A model generated the notes under the pieces. That model worked only from the letters and a program-made list of their open reading frames with translations, searched no databases and was not told the DNA's origin. A stretch of DNA of 64,000 bases from an uncultured delta proteobacterium (GTDB taxonomy: Bacteria > Myxococcota_A > Polyangia > Polyangiales > Polyangiaceae). The stretch spans positions 128,001 to 192,000 of the forward strand of contig CAVQUB010000002.1 in assembly GCA_963716725.1 (NCBI GenBank). Reading direction: 5' to 3'. A program made the position numbers and the translations under genes. This document shows, one piece after another, positions 19,275 through 29,120 of this stretch; positions within the stretch are counted from its first letter, which is position 1, and each line of letters opens with the position of its first letter.

Positions 19275-20248
19275 AGGGCTTCATCCGCAAGCTCGTGATC
19301 GCGATGCTGCTCGGCATCTTGGTCTACGGGGTGTTCGTTGCGTGGGCCGGCTACCGCGACATCCAAGAGTCGCTCAGCCGCTTTCGCTGGAGCGCCTTTG
19401 CGTTTGCGCTCGCGCTCGCCTCGGCGAACTACGGATTGCGCTTCGCGAAGTGGGAGTATTACCTGGCGCGCCTGGGCATCCGCGGCGTGCCCAAGCTCGA
19501 CAGCCTGTTGGTATTCCTCTCGGGTTTCGTGCTGACGGTGACGCCCGGTAAGGTGGGCGAGGTTTTCAAGAGCGCCGTCCTGGCCGAGACCCACGGCGTG
19601 CCGGCGGCGCGGACCGCTCCAATCGTCTTCGCCGAGCGTCTGACCGACGTCATCGGAGTGATCGCGCTGATCGTGATCGGCAGCTTGGGCTTTTCGGGCG
19701 GGCTCGTCTGGGCGGCCGTCGGCACCTTTGGGGTTCTGTGCGGGCTGCTGTTGGTGATCTGGCGTGCGCCTGGCGAGGCGTTGATTGCGTGGATGAAGCG
19801 CCGTCCGGGACGCCTGGCCGCGCTGGCACCGAAGCTGGAAGAATCCTTTGGGAGCCTGCGCATCGTGGCCAGCCCCAGCGCGCTGCTCTGGCCCAGCTTG
19901 CTCTCGGTGTTGGGGTGGGGCGCCGAGGGGTTCGCGCTCCATCTGCTGGTCCAAGGCTTTGGAGTGCACGTGCCGGCTCCGCTCGCGATGTTCTTTTACG
20001 CGACCGCCACCCTCGCGGGCGCCGTCATTCCGGTCCCGGGTGGCTTGGGCGTCGCCGAAGCCATGATCCAGGAGCAGCTGGTGCGCCTCGGCCGAGTGCC
20101 CCAGAGCTCCGCCACCAGCGCGATGATCCTGATCCGCTTCGCGACGCTGTGGTGGGCGGTGGTCGTGGGCTTCGTCGCGCTGGCGATCTTGCGCGCGCGA
20201 TTCCCGTCCCTCACTCGTCGGGGCGCGGACGCCGAGCTAGCGCAGTGA
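19271..20248 (+). CDS. Lysylphosphatidylglycerol synthase TM / flippase-like (UPF0104) membrane protein
   Basis: TPGKVGEVFK, ERLTD, PGGLGVAE motifs; multiple TM segments. Confidence 0.85.
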   Translation: MKGFIRKLVIAMLLGILVYGVFVAWAGYRDIQESLSRFRWSAFAFALALASANYGLRFAKWEYYLARLGIRGVPKLDSLLVFLSGFVLTVTPGKVGEVFKSAVLAETHGVPAARTAPIVFAERLTDVIGVIALIVIGSLGFSGGLVWAAVGTFGVLCGLLLVIWRAPGEALIAWMKRRPGRLAALAPKLEESFGSLRIVASPSALLWPSLLSVLGWGAEGFALHLLVQGFGVHVPAPLAMFFYATATLAGAVIPVPGGLGVAEAMIQEQLVRLGRVPQSSATSAMILIRFATLWWAVVVGFVALAILRARFPSLTRRGADAELAQ

Positions 20249-21193
20249 CCGCAGCGCCTCGAGGGCGTCCCGCATGTCCGCGGGCAATGGCGACTCGAAG
20301 CGCAGGGCCTGCCCCGTAGCGGGATGCACGAAGCCAAGGACCGCGGCGTGCAGCGCCTGTCGCGCCAGCTGCTCTTCGATGGGGATCAGTCCAGGATCGG
20401 CGGAGCGCCGTCCGTAGAGGGCGTCGGCGAGCACCGGCGCTTTGCCACATTCGGCCAGATGAACGCGGATCTGATGGGTCCGCCCCGTCTCGAGCCGGCA
20501 CGCGACCAGCGCGGCCCTACCGCCTCCGAGACGCTCGAGGACCGAGACCTTCGTCACCGCTCGCCGACCCTCGCGCACCTTGGTCGTGAAACGCAGCCGC
20601 GACCGCGGATCACGCCCGTGCAGAGTCTCGATGCGTCCCGGCGCCGGGACGCCGAGCGTCAGCGCGAGGTACTCTCGCTCCACGTCGTGGCGCGCCAGCT
20701 GCGCCTTGAGGCCCTCTCGGCTGAGCTCGTCCTTGGCCACCACCAAGAGCCCGCTCGTGTCCTTGTCGATGCGGTGCACGATGCCCGGCCGCAGCGCTCC
20801 TTGCGGGTCTCGCGGATCCGCCACCGAGCCGCCAAAGCCCTCCCGCGAGAGCAGGCCGCTCACCAGGGTGCCCTGCCAGTTCCCGCGCGCGGGGTGGACC
20901 ACGATCCCTGCGGGCTTCTCGACCACCACCAGGTGGCTGTCCTCGAACACGACGCCGAAGGGCACGCTGGCGTCCGCCACCACCTCCGTGACCGGCGGCG
21001 GACCCGGCGAAAGCTCGATCACCGAGCCCAATGCCAGCACCTCCCGGGCTCGACATACCCGCCCGTCGATCAAAACGCGCTGCTCCAGAATCCAGCGCTG
21101 AATAGTGGCGCGGGAGGTCTCCGGCAGGAGCCGAGCGAGCAGCTTGTCGACGCGATCCCCAGCTCGTTCGGCGTCGATCTCGAATCGGCGCAT
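20237..21193 (-). CDS. rluD: RluA-family (RluD-type) pseudouridine synthase
   Basis: S4 domain, KPAGIVVHP, HRIDKDTSG (catalytic Asp), TGRTHQIRVH, QALHA. Confidence 0.9.
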   Translation of the reverse strand: MRRFEIDAERAGDRVDKLLARLLPETSRATIQRWILEQRVLIDGRVCRAREVLALGSVIELSPGPPPVTEVVADASVPFGVVFEDSHLVVVEKPAGIVVHPARGNWQGTLVSGLLSREGFGGSVADPRDPQGALRPGIVHRIDKDTSGLLVVAKDELSREGLKAQLARHDVEREYLALTLGVPAPGRIETLHGRDPRSRLRFTTKVREGRRAVTKVSVLERLGGGRAALVACRLETGRTHQIRVHLAECGKAPVLADALYGRRSADPGLIPIEEQLARQALHAAVLGFVHPATGQALRFESPLPADMRDALEALRSLR

Positions 21194-21202
21194 CCGCGCG
21201 TA

Positions 21203-21466
21203 CTACCAGACGGGGCTCTTGATGTGCCCCTTCGACTTGATCAGGATGTCGACCAGGGCGCGGTCGTAGAAGTTTCGCTGGTACAGATCGGGAGCCACGC
21301 GGCTCTTGTACAGCGCTCGCCCCTCTTCGATCTCTTCCGACAGCTCGGCGAAGAGTGAATCGTGCTCGATGCCGCGCACGATCTTTTCCTCGTTGTAGAG
21401 CGAGAGATCACTGGCGATAGCGCGTGCCAGCCGGCGCGCAGCTTCTTCGGTCTCGATGAGCGGCAT
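21203..21466 (-). CDS. romX: RomX-like polarity protein (subunit of the MglA GEF complex)
   Basis: 87 aa ARRLARAIASDLSLYNEEKI...EEGRALYKSRV...KGHIKSPVW closely matches my recollection of Myxococcus RomX. Confidence 0.8.
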   Translation of the reverse strand: MPLIETEEAARRLARAIASDLSLYNEEKIVRGIEHDSLFAELSEEIEEGRALYKSRVAPDLYQRNFYDRALVDILIKSKGHIKSPVW

Positions 21467-21491
21467 CTCGGGGCGTCCTCCGAGCGAAGTA

Positions 21492-22976
21492 TCACCCGGT
21501 CGCTCGCGAGATGTCAAAACGCGAGCGATCTTCGGCTTCGCGCCGGCCAACGATGGCCGTTCCGGCCGTGGCGGCCACCAGAGGGAAGACCACCAAAGAG
21601 TATCGACCGGCACCAAAGAAGGCCGCGTGCGTGACCAGGGTCGCCGCGAGGACCGCCACGCCAAGGCCCAACACCGGTCGCTCGATCAGCCTGCGGCCGA
21701 GCAACGCCGTCGCCACGGCCAACACCACGTAAGCGATCCACGCGAAGGGGGTGAGCAGCAAGGGCGCGGCGAGTCCCACGCCGATCTTGCGGGCGGTGGC
21801 CCGCGAGCCGGGGGTCCGGCCGACCGAGACGAGCGCGAGCAGCAGCAGCGCCCGCTGCACGACGGTCTCGGCGATGCCGAGAGAGAGCTTCGCCCGCTCC
21901 GAGAAGTGCCCGGGGCTCGAGGCCCGGAGGTACCAACCGGCAGCACCGCAGTACTCGAAGGTGTGAGCCAGCTTCCGGGGCACGAGCCCGAGCCAGCGCA
22001 TGGGTCGAGCGCGCACGAGCGCGATGGCCTCGCGCGCAAAGCACGCGTCTTTGTCGGCCTCCCCGAACACGTTGCGGCATGCCTCGGGCACGCTCTCTCC
22101 GCTGATGGGCACGAAGGTCCCGGTCGCGCCCTCGGTGGCACCGATCAGGAGATTCCAGCCGACGTTTGCGCTGACCACGACGCAGCGGTCCATCCTCTGG
22201 CAGTTGCGGAGCGTCCACGGCAGCACCACACACGCCGTGGCGAGGGTGGTCACCAGCGTCGACCGGATCAGCGACCGCCAGCTCGGGGCACGCCCCGTCC
22301 AGCCGGCCATCACGGCAAAGACCGGCATCACGAGCAAGCTTTGGCCGCGAACCAGGGTGGTCAGGCCGAGCAAGCCGCCGAGCAGTACCCACCAGCCGAC
22401 CGGGCGCGTCGACCCGCGGGCAAGAACCACGACCCACGCGGCGATGGCGAAGAGCGCAGCGGTCACCCCCTCGGTCATCAGCGCCGGTGTGTACAGAACG
22501 AGGGCAGGATGGATCGCGACAGCCGTCGCCGCGAGCCCCGCGCCCACTCGGCCGCTGCTCGCCGCAACCACGCGATGGACCGCAATCACACCGAGGGCCC
22601 CGAGCGCCGCGTTCAGCAGCATGCCCCAGGTTGGGCTCGGCCCGAGCGTGGCGTAGAGGCTCGCGAGCAAGCCCGGATATCCAACCGGGTAGTGCGCCAC
22701 GAAGGTGACGACGCCGTCCGGCCAGCGCCAAGTGTAGCCCTGCCCCTCGGCGATGCGCGTCGCCAGTTGGTGATAGAAACGCCCATCTTCCACCGGAGGA
22801 AAGCGCCCCGCGGCCCAAACGACCACCGCCACTCGCAGCGCGGCACCAATCGACCCGATGACGATGGCGTCGCGACGCGCTTCGCGACGACCCTGGGAAG
22901 TGCCCGGGGGGGCATACCCGACGGGGTCACGCGGGGCGCGACGACCCTGGGAAGTACCCGGAGGGGTACTCGTCAT
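21492..22976 (-). CDS. GT-C fold (ArnT/GT39-like) membrane glycosyltransferase
   Basis: EDGRFYHQLA, YPVGYP, LMTEGV, LTTLVRGQ, PWTLRN; many TMs; ATGA overlap with maf. Confidence 0.8.
   Translation of the reverse strand: MTSTPPGTSQGRRAPRDPVGYAPPGTSQGRREARRDAIVIGSIGAALRVAVVVWAAGRFPPVEDGRFYHQLATRIAEGQGYTWRWPDGVVTFVAHYPVGYPGLLASLYATLGPSPTWGMLLNAALGALGVIAVHRVVAASSGRVGAGLAATAVAIHPALVLYTPALMTEGVTAALFAIAAWVVVLARGSTRPVGWWVLLGGLLGLTTLVRGQSLLVMPVFAVMAGWTGRAPSWRSLIRSTLVTTLATACVVLPWTLRNCQRMDRCVVVSANVGWNLLIGATEGATGTFVPISGESVPEACRNVFGEADKDACFAREAIALVRARPMRWLGLVPRKLAHTFEYCGAAGWYLRASSPGHFSERAKLSLGIAETVVQRALLLLALVSVGRTPGSRATARKIGVGLAAPLLLTPFAWIAYVVLAVATALLGRRLIERPVLGLGVAVLAATLVTHAAFFGAGRYSLVVFPLVAATAGTAIVGRREAEDRSRFDISRATG
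22883..22968. repeat. Two ~32-bp direct repeats (54-bp period) in the 5' end of the GT-C gene
   Basis: CGCGACGACCCTGGGAAGTRCCCGGRGGGGYA at 22883 and 22937; each encodes PPGTSQGRR on the minus strand. Confidence 0.85.
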
Positions 22977-23581
22977 GGATACCGTTCGAGCAAGCCCACG
23001 CGACACAGCTCTTGGACCACCTCGCAGGCGGGCAGCCCGACCACGTTGCTGTACGAGCCGTCGATGCGTTCGATCAGAAACGCCCCGATGCCTTGGGCTG
23101 CGTAGGCTCCCGCCTTGTCCATGCCCTCCTCGGTCGCCGCGTAGGCCTCGATTTCGCTCGGGCTCGCTCCGCGCATGGTGACGGAAGTGCTCACCGTGCG
23201 GCCGACCGCCGGCTCCGCGGGCGCCTCCGCCTTCGAAACGACAAAGCGCGTGTAGACCGTGTGCGTGCGCCCCACGATGCGCCGGAGCAGTGCGCGTGCG
23301 TCAGCGAGGTCGCTGGGCTTGCCCAAGATCTCGCCGTCGATGACCACTATCGTGTCTGCCACGAGCACGCCTGCGAAGGGCGCGTCGCCAATCAGCGGCA
23401 GCACGCTCGAGAGCTTGGCCATCGTCACGCGTTCGAGAAAGTCGAGCGGCGGCTCACCGGGGTGCGTGGACTCGTCGCACTGACCCACCTGCTGCATCAG
23501 CGGGATCCCCAGCCCGCCCAGGATCTGCAGCCGACGCGGCGACGCCGAGCCCAGCACCAGCGGACGCTCTCTTCCGATCAC
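22973..23581 (-). CDS. maf: Maf family nucleoside triphosphate pyrophosphatase
   Basis: LVLGSASPRR, ADTIV, LGKP, DKAGAY, GSYSNVVGLP. Confidence 0.92.
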   Translation of the reverse strand: MIGRERPLVLGSASPRRLQILGGLGIPLMQQVGQCDESTHPGEPPLDFLERVTMAKLSSVLPLIGDAPFAGVLVADTIVVIDGEILGKPSDLADARALLRRIVGRTHTVYTRFVVSKAEAPAEPAVGRTVSTSVTMRGASPSEIEAYAATEEGMDKAGAYAAQGIGAFLIERIDGSYSNVVGLPACEVVQELCRVGLLERYP

Positions 23582-23631
23582 GCGCCCCGCATAACACGGA
23601 TGCTCGGCTGCCCGGCCAGCTCGAAGTTCGA

Positions 23632-23637
23632 TATAAT
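23632..23637 (+). promoter_or_regulatory. Putative -10 box (TATAAT) of a leaderless or short-leader promoter
   Basis: Perfect TATAAT 9 nt upstream of ATG 23647 in a high-GC context. Confidence 0.5.
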
Positions 23638-23646
23638 CTGACCACC

Positions 23647-24693
23647 ATGATCGGCGTCGTCCATGCGCGGCGGGCACGCGCTCGCGCCCTCGTCGCCGCC
23701 TCGCTCGCGGTTCTGCCCGCGGCGGCCGCGCGCGCCGCCGAGTGCGATCCGCCCTCCGGCGTCTCGACCTGCTTCGACGCAGACTCACTCTGGCACTCGG
23801 CGGGCGCTTCGCGCTTCGCTGGCCTCTCGTCGCCTGCCGTACCGAATCCGGGCTCGCTCGCCTTCGCGGCGCTCCTGAGCTACGTCGACCGGCCGGTGCT
23901 GCTGTCGGCGCCGTCGCCCGATCCCGAAGGCCGCGACGTCAACGTCGTCCGCGATCGCGTCGATCTCTCCCTCGCCTATGCCTATGGCCTCGGCGCAGGC
24001 CTCGAGCTCAGCGTCGCGACGCCCTTCGTGATCCACCAAACCGGATCCGGCGCCGAGGGGATCACCTCTCAGCGCGCTCCACCCCTCACCTCGGTTGCCG
24101 TGCGTGATCCCCGGATCGGAGGCGCGATCCGGCTGCTACGCGCCGAGGGCGAGCACGGCTGGGACGCGAAGTTGAAGCTCGAGCTCGGCTTGCCGCTCGG
24201 CGACGATCAACTGTACGCGGGCGCGGGTGCTTTTACCTTCGCGCCCGGCTTCGCCAGCGGTCTGCGCTGGGGTCCACTGCACGGCGCCGTCGAACTCGGC
24301 GCTCGCCTGCGCCGCGCAGTCCCCTTCGCTACGGCCAAGATCGGCTCCCAGGCCTTCGCAGGGGTCGGGGTGGGCGTCGACCTGATCGGCGAGCGCCTCT
24401 CGCTGGAGCTCGAGGCCTCCGCGCTGCCTTCCCTCGTCTCCCAACCCGGACGAACTCGCGGTGCTTCGCGGGTCAGCGGCGGCAGGTTGGTGCCCGCGGA
24501 GTGGCTCGCGAGCTTACGTTCCGCCCCCGTCGCGGACGCTGGCGTCTCGCTCTCTCTGGGCGGCGGCACAGGGCTCCCGCTGTCGAGCGAGACCCGGGAG
24601 ACGGCGAGCGCATCGTCGACCGAGCGCTTCGCTGGCGTGACAACGCCGCGCTTCCGACTGTTCTTTGGCCTGCGCTACCGGCCCGAGCTCTGA
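23647..24693 (+). CDS. Secreted/outer-membrane beta-barrel-like hypothetical protein
   Basis: Signal peptide, amphipathic strands, TPRFRLFFGLRY C-terminal strand. Confidence 0.6.
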   Translation: MIGVVHARRARARALVAASLAVLPAAAARAAECDPPSGVSTCFDADSLWHSAGASRFAGLSSPAVPNPGSLAFAALLSYVDRPVLLSAPSPDPEGRDVNVVRDRVDLSLAYAYGLGAGLELSVATPFVIHQTGSGAEGITSQRAPPLTSVAVRDPRIGGAIRLLRAEGEHGWDAKLKLELGLPLGDDQLYAGAGAFTFAPGFASGLRWGPLHGAVELGARLRRAVPFATAKIGSQAFAGVGVGVDLIGERLSLELEASALPSLVSQPGRTRGASRVSGGRLVPAEWLASLRSAPVADAGVSLSLGGGTGLPLSSETRETASASSTERFAGVTTPRFRLFFGLRYRPEL

Positions 24694-24711
24694 CCCGACC
24701 GCCGGAGCGAC

Positions 24712-25374
24712 TCAGAACACGCGCTCACGCACGTAGATGGAGTCGCCCGCCTGCAGGGCAATGTCCGGCGAGCGACCGTCGGTGATGGCGTCGATGTTGA
24801 GCACGACGGTGGTCCGCCCGGATTTCGTCTGGCGGGTCAGGTTCACGCCGTCGCGGGTAGCGATGGCGGTAAACCCGCCCGCCAAGGAGATGGCCTGGAG
24901 CAAGGTGAGGCCGGGCGTGAGCGGGAAGCTCCCGGGCTTGGCGACCTGCCCGAGCACGGTGATGCGCTTGCTGTTGTACTCCTTGATCGCGACGATCACG
25001 CTCGGATCCGTCAAGATCTTCGCCTCGATCAGGCGCTGGCGCAGCAGCCGGGCGATGGCCTGCGGTTCGAGACCGGCAACCTTCGTGGTGTGCACGTAAG
25101 GGAAGTCCACCGTGCCGTCGGAGGCGACCTGGTACTCAGTGGGAAGCTCCTTCTCCCCGACGACCTGCACGGTGAACACATCACCGGGCCCGATCGTGGT
25201 GCTCTCGATCGGCGCGGGCAGCCTCACCCTCGAGTTGTCCTGGCCGGCGCTGCAGCCGCCGAGCAGCGACATCGCTCCGAAGGCCCCTACGACCAAGCAG
25301 GCAACGAGGACGCGAAGCCGAACGAGGAGGAACGAAACCATCTGAGCTGACACCAGCGCGGTCACCGCGCCCAT
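24712..25374 (-). CDS. OPX (Wza-like) polysaccharide export lipoprotein, short form lacking the OM helix
   Basis: Lipobox LGGC, IGPGDVF..., DGTVDFPY (Poly_export), VLGQVAKPG and TLLQAISLAGG (SLBB); ends right after the SLBB domain. Confidence 0.9.
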   Translation of the reverse strand: MGAVTALVSAQMVSFLLVRLRVLVACLVVGAFGAMSLLGGCSAGQDNSRVRLPAPIESTTIGPGDVFTVQVVGEKELPTEYQVASDGTVDFPYVHTTKVAGLEPQAIARLLRQRLIEAKILTDPSVIVAIKEYNSKRITVLGQVAKPGSFPLTPGLTLLQAISLAGGFTAIATRDGVNLTRQTKSGRTTVVLNIDAITDGRSPDIALQAGDSIYVRERVF

Positions 25375-25423
25375 TGGTTGACCGCAGCTACGAAAACATT
25401 CGCCGCGCCGGGCGCCGTCAAAA

Positions 25424-26782
25424 TCACATGAACCAGCGAGCGCCGACCCACAGCTCGTAGCGGTTGTACTGGAGGTTGTCCTGAGCCGTCCCCGCTGGAT
25501 CCAGCTGTATCCGCTCGTTGCCGAGGGAGCCGTCGTAGCGCAGCGTGGTGTTGATGCCGATCGAGTCGCTCGGGCGGTACTCCGCGAACAGGGTCGCGTC
25601 GGCGCGGTGCTGACCGAAGCTCGCCTTGCGCGGCGCCCCGGTGGCGAAATAGGTGGGCGAGTGCGTCAGGTACGAGTACCCGCCTTCGAGGCTGACCAGG
25701 AACGCGCCGGCCACGAAGTACGAGAAGTTCGTGTAGCCGCGATCACGCCGGTAGAAATCCGAGAGGTAGCTGTTGGTGTAATCGCGCACGTAGCCCGCCG
25801 CGATGCTCGACAGACCCACCGTGGCCTGATCGGGTGCCAGCGATGGCTGCGGCAGCAGGAACCACTTGAGCTCGGCTTGTCCCACCGGGCCGTCGTAGTT
25901 GTGCACGGGCACGCCGCCTCCGGTGTCGTAGAAGCTCGCCGCCCAGCCGGCCATGGCCAGCATGGAAAAGTGGTGCGTGACCAGCCCGTTGACGCCGATC
26001 TTGCTGTTCACGGTCTGAGCGTTGTGGTCGACGCTCGTCGCGTCCGTGTACCGCAAGAACCCCACCTTGCCGTCGTACACCAGCGCGGTGCGCGGCAAGA
26101 AGCGCCAGCGCCCGCGGGTGACCAGCGAGTTCTGGTAGTTGTTGAGGTTCGTATACGCGTCCTTCTCGAAGAAGTTGTAGACGAGCTCGTAGCCCACACG
26201 CCACTCGAACAGGCCCCCGCCCGGCCGCCAGTTGACGCCCGCTCCGAGCCGCACGCTGTCGCGATTGAAGGCCAGGTCCTCGACGATGTTGTTGGAAGGC
26301 TCCGCCGTGCGCACGAAGTCGCCGTGCAGGTCGAAGCCCAGGGGCTTCTGCGGCAGCACGTCCAAGCTGAAGTTGACGCCCGCGTTGACGACGTTGTCGT
26401 TGTCGCTGACGGCGTCCGAGTTCTTCGAGTCCGTCGCGAAGAGCTTGTTGTACGAAAGGAAGGTGCCCGCTCGGAAGTTGAGCTTCGGCGGGTCACCGCC
26501 GCCTTCACGGCGCTGGGCGCCGAGCGTGGAGAGCGAGAGCGAGGGCGTCACGCGCAGGCGCATCACGCTGATCTTGCTGCCCTCGTCGTCCGCTCTCAGA
26601 AAGTAGTTCGAGTCGTAGCCGAGCTCTGCGCTGACACCCGGGTGGATCTCGAGGTTGCCCGCTCGGTAGCCGATGCCCTCGGCGTAGCGGCGGTCCTTGA
26701 TCCACGGCTGGTTCTGAGCCGACGCGGAGAGGCTGACTGTCGCGACGACCAGCGAGGTCGCAAGTAAGGCACGAAATCGCAT
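25424..26782 (-). CDS. Outer-membrane beta-barrel, putative Wzp/EpsX-type polysaccharide porin
   Basis: Signal peptide, LEIHPGVSAELGYDSN motif, many amphipathic strands, aromatic C-terminus; directly upstream of the OPX gene. Confidence 0.7.
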   Translation of the reverse strand: MRFRALLATSLVVATVSLSASAQNQPWIKDRRYAEGIGYRAGNLEIHPGVSAELGYDSNYFLRADDEGSKISVMRLRVTPSLSLSTLGAQRREGGGDPPKLNFRAGTFLSYNKLFATDSKNSDAVSDNDNVVNAGVNFSLDVLPQKPLGFDLHGDFVRTAEPSNNIVEDLAFNRDSVRLGAGVNWRPGGGLFEWRVGYELVYNFFEKDAYTNLNNYQNSLVTRGRWRFLPRTALVYDGKVGFLRYTDATSVDHNAQTVNSKIGVNGLVTHHFSMLAMAGWAASFYDTGGGVPVHNYDGPVGQAELKWFLLPQPSLAPDQATVGLSSIAAGYVRDYTNSYLSDFYRRDRGYTNFSYFVAGAFLVSLEGGYSYLTHSPTYFATGAPRKASFGQHRADATLFAEYRPSDSIGINTTLRYDGSLGNERIQLDPAGTAQDNLQYNRYELWVGARWFM

Positions 26783-26855
26783 GTCAGGTCGGCGTCCGGA
26801 AGGTAGTCGGAGAGGTGATAGTCGATCGGGCGAGCCGGTGCGAGCACCAGTTTCG

Positions 26856-27419
26856 TCACTGGGTCGGGCTGGCAATCACGGGGGGCTGGGAGATGATCGG
26901 GTCGTTCGGGTACGCGGAGGGATCGTCGGGGATGGTCGGATCGATCTGCACCGTCACCTGCGACTCGCCGATGAACCCCGTCTCTTCACCGATGCACTGA
27001 TTGGCTTCGGCGACGAGGCTCCGGACGCGATCGCGGAGAACCTGGATGACCGTGAACTCGTGGCGGGACCGGTCGGAGTCGTTCTTCTCCGCCGCGCCCC
27101 GCAGGTTCGGCATGCGGTCGCGCGCGGAGCGCGTGGCCACGTCGATCTGGTTCAGCTTGTCGTTGAGGCAGAGCACCTTCACGACGTCGCGCTTCTCCCG
27201 GGATTCGCTGAGCTGCCGGCGCACCGTGCTGGCTCCTCGCTCCATCTCGGGCAGGTAGCCCTCGGCCTCGTCCCGCATCTGCGTCGGTGAGAGCTTCACG
27301 TCGCGTTGCGTCGTCACGTCCGCGGGAGGCGCCGGAGCTGCCTCTTGAGCGACCGCTACGCCGAACGCAAACGATATCGCCGTGGCGATTGCCATTCCCC
27401 AGATTCGCTTGGAAAGCAT
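26856..27419 (-). CDS. Periplasmic helical hypothetical protein
   Basis: Signal peptide AVA-Q; KRDVVKVLCLNDKL...EANQCIGEE with a Cys pair. Confidence 0.7.
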   Translation of the reverse strand: MLSKRIWGMAIATAISFAFGVAVAQEAAPAPPADVTTQRDVKLSPTQMRDEAEGYLPEMERGASTVRRQLSESREKRDVVKVLCLNDKLNQIDVATRSARDRMPNLRGAAEKNDSDRSRHEFTVIQVLRDRVRSLVAEANQCIGEETGFIGESQVTVQIDPTIPDDPSAYPNDPIISQPPVIASPTQ

Positions 27420-27612
27420 CGAGCCGGACCTCCCTCTACCCGTCAAAGTCGGGCCAGTATAGAAACCCGGGTCGGCCCTGTCAACGAGCCTGCGTTTCTG
27501 GATAAATGCCATGTTTTCGCCAGCTTCTGGGCCGGACACGCCGGACGCCCAGCCGGGTTCGATGCCGGGGGGCCCGGGAGCATTCAGCTCCCCCGACCCA
27601 CCGGCAACCCTA

Positions 27613-29025
27613 CTACTGCTTGACGAAGCTGACGGGAACCACGACCACGGCGCTGCCGCCTTCGGGCGGGTCGAACTGCGCCGCCTGTGCGCGCGATTGC
27701 ACGCAGCTGGCGACCGAACCCGGGAGGTTGCCGCTGGAAGACGCGGTCACACCCTGGACTTCGCCGCCGGGGCCCACGCGAATGCTCAAGCGAATGCTGC
27801 CCTGCGCGTCGGGATTCTCCGCCAGGCCGCGGTTGTAGCAGCTGCGGAAGCCGGCGCGCATTCCAGCGACCACCCGGGCGGCGTTGCTGACGGTGCCACC
27901 GCTCACGGAGGCCCCGCCGACGTTCGCGCTGCCCTTGGGGCCCTGGACCTTCTTCACCTCGCCGGTGCCCGTGGTGCCCTCGGTCTTGCCGCCGCTGGCC
28001 ATGCCCGCCAGACCCGAGCCGCCCATGCCGGGGCGGATCGTGCCGCCGCCGCTGCCGAGGTTGAGCCCGCCGATGCCGCCGGCGGAGACGCCGGCCCCGC
28101 TGGCCGCCGCGGCGTCGAGGGCGCCGGTCGGTACTTCGCCGCCGCGCAGCACACCCGCCGTCGCGGGTCCCTGGGCCGAGAGCGCACCGATGGTGGCCAT
28201 CTCGAGGTTGTCGAGCTCTTTGCCGAGCGCCGCAGCCTGCGCGCCCGTCATCGGCGCGCTCTTGCCGCCTGCACCCGGGGCCGCGCCCGCGGCCTTCGGC
28301 GCCGCCTTCTCGGCCTTCTCGGACTTCTCGGCCTTCTCGTCGGTGACTTCGTCCTTGGTATCGACGGGCGGAGGCGGGGGCAAAGCCCTCATGGAATCCA
28401 CCAGCCCGGCGACGCTGACCTCTTCGTCGAAGACCGCGTCGAGCCAGTCCGAGTAGACCGAACCGATGGCCAGGAAGTGCAGCAAGAACGAGAAGGCCGC
28501 GATCATGGTCGTCGGCCAGTCGATGCTGGTGGCGCCCTGGGTGACCGACACCGGAAGCTGCGGCTTCGGTTGAACCGGCGGCGGCGCGACGAACTGGAAG
28601 AGGATGGTGGTGTTGGCCACCACCACCTTGCCGCGCGAGTCCTCGGTCAGGCGGATCTGGTACGCGCCTTGCGGCGTCCGACGCGCCTGCCCCTTGAGCA
28701 TCGACAAATCCGAGATGCCGGTGGGCAGGGCGATGCGTCCGCTCATCCCGTCGAGGAAGTTCAGCCAGTAGTCGTTACCGACGAGCTCGAACAAGCGAAA
28801 GGTCGGTGGGAGATTTTGCGTGGCGACGACGAACATCGCCTTTTCACTGGGGCCAACCGTGACGTGGATGCGCTGCTTGACGATGCGTTCTTCGATGATC
28901 CGCCCGCCCTGCACCACTCCGATGCGCAGCACCTTGGGACCGCTCATCGCGACAGCGCGCATCACTGCCGTCATCTGACCGGGTCGTTGGCTTCCAGGCT
29001 GAGGGAACGGCTGCTGCTGGCTCAT
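27613..29025 (-). CDS. GltG-like (TonB/TolA-like) energy transducer
   Basis: FHA-like beta-rich N-domain, single TM with SxxxH (FSFLLHF), Gly/Pro-rich linker, AgmX/PglI-type C-terminal domain (FRSCYNRGL..NP..QG.I...CV). Confidence 0.8.
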   Translation of the reverse strand: MSQQQPFPQPGSQRPGQMTAVMRAVAMSGPKVLRIGVVQGGRIIEERIVKQRIHVTVGPSEKAMFVVATQNLPPTFRLFELVGNDYWLNFLDGMSGRIALPTGISDLSMLKGQARRTPQGAYQIRLTEDSRGKVVVANTTILFQFVAPPPVQPKPQLPVSVTQGATSIDWPTTMIAAFSFLLHFLAIGSVYSDWLDAVFDEEVSVAGLVDSMRALPPPPPVDTKDEVTDEKAEKSEKAEKAAPKAAGAAPGAGGKSAPMTGAQAAALGKELDNLEMATIGALSAQGPATAGVLRGGEVPTGALDAAAASGAGVSAGGIGGLNLGSGGGTIRPGMGGSGLAGMASGGKTEGTTGTGEVKKVQGPKGSANVGGASVSGGTVSNAARVVAGMRAGFRSCYNRGLAENPDAQGSIRLSIRVGPGGEVQGVTASSSGNLPGSVASCVQSRAQAAQFDPPEGGSAVVVVPVSFVKQ

Positions 29026-29120
29026 CGATGCGCTCTCCGCGACTACGGCCTGAGGAAGATCTCACGCCGCGCCGTTCGACAGCCCGTCGAGGAACGAAGT
29101 TCCCGCCGGGCCGACAAAGA

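Noticed and set aside
18047..20248. 733-aa ORF
   Set aside because: The N-terminal part is antisense to moxR; the true gene starts at ATG 19271
22883..22968. Possible mini-CRISPR (repeat-spacer-repeat)
   Set aside because: Only two imperfect repeats, a ~22-bp spacer, in frame within a CDS, no leader and no cas genes
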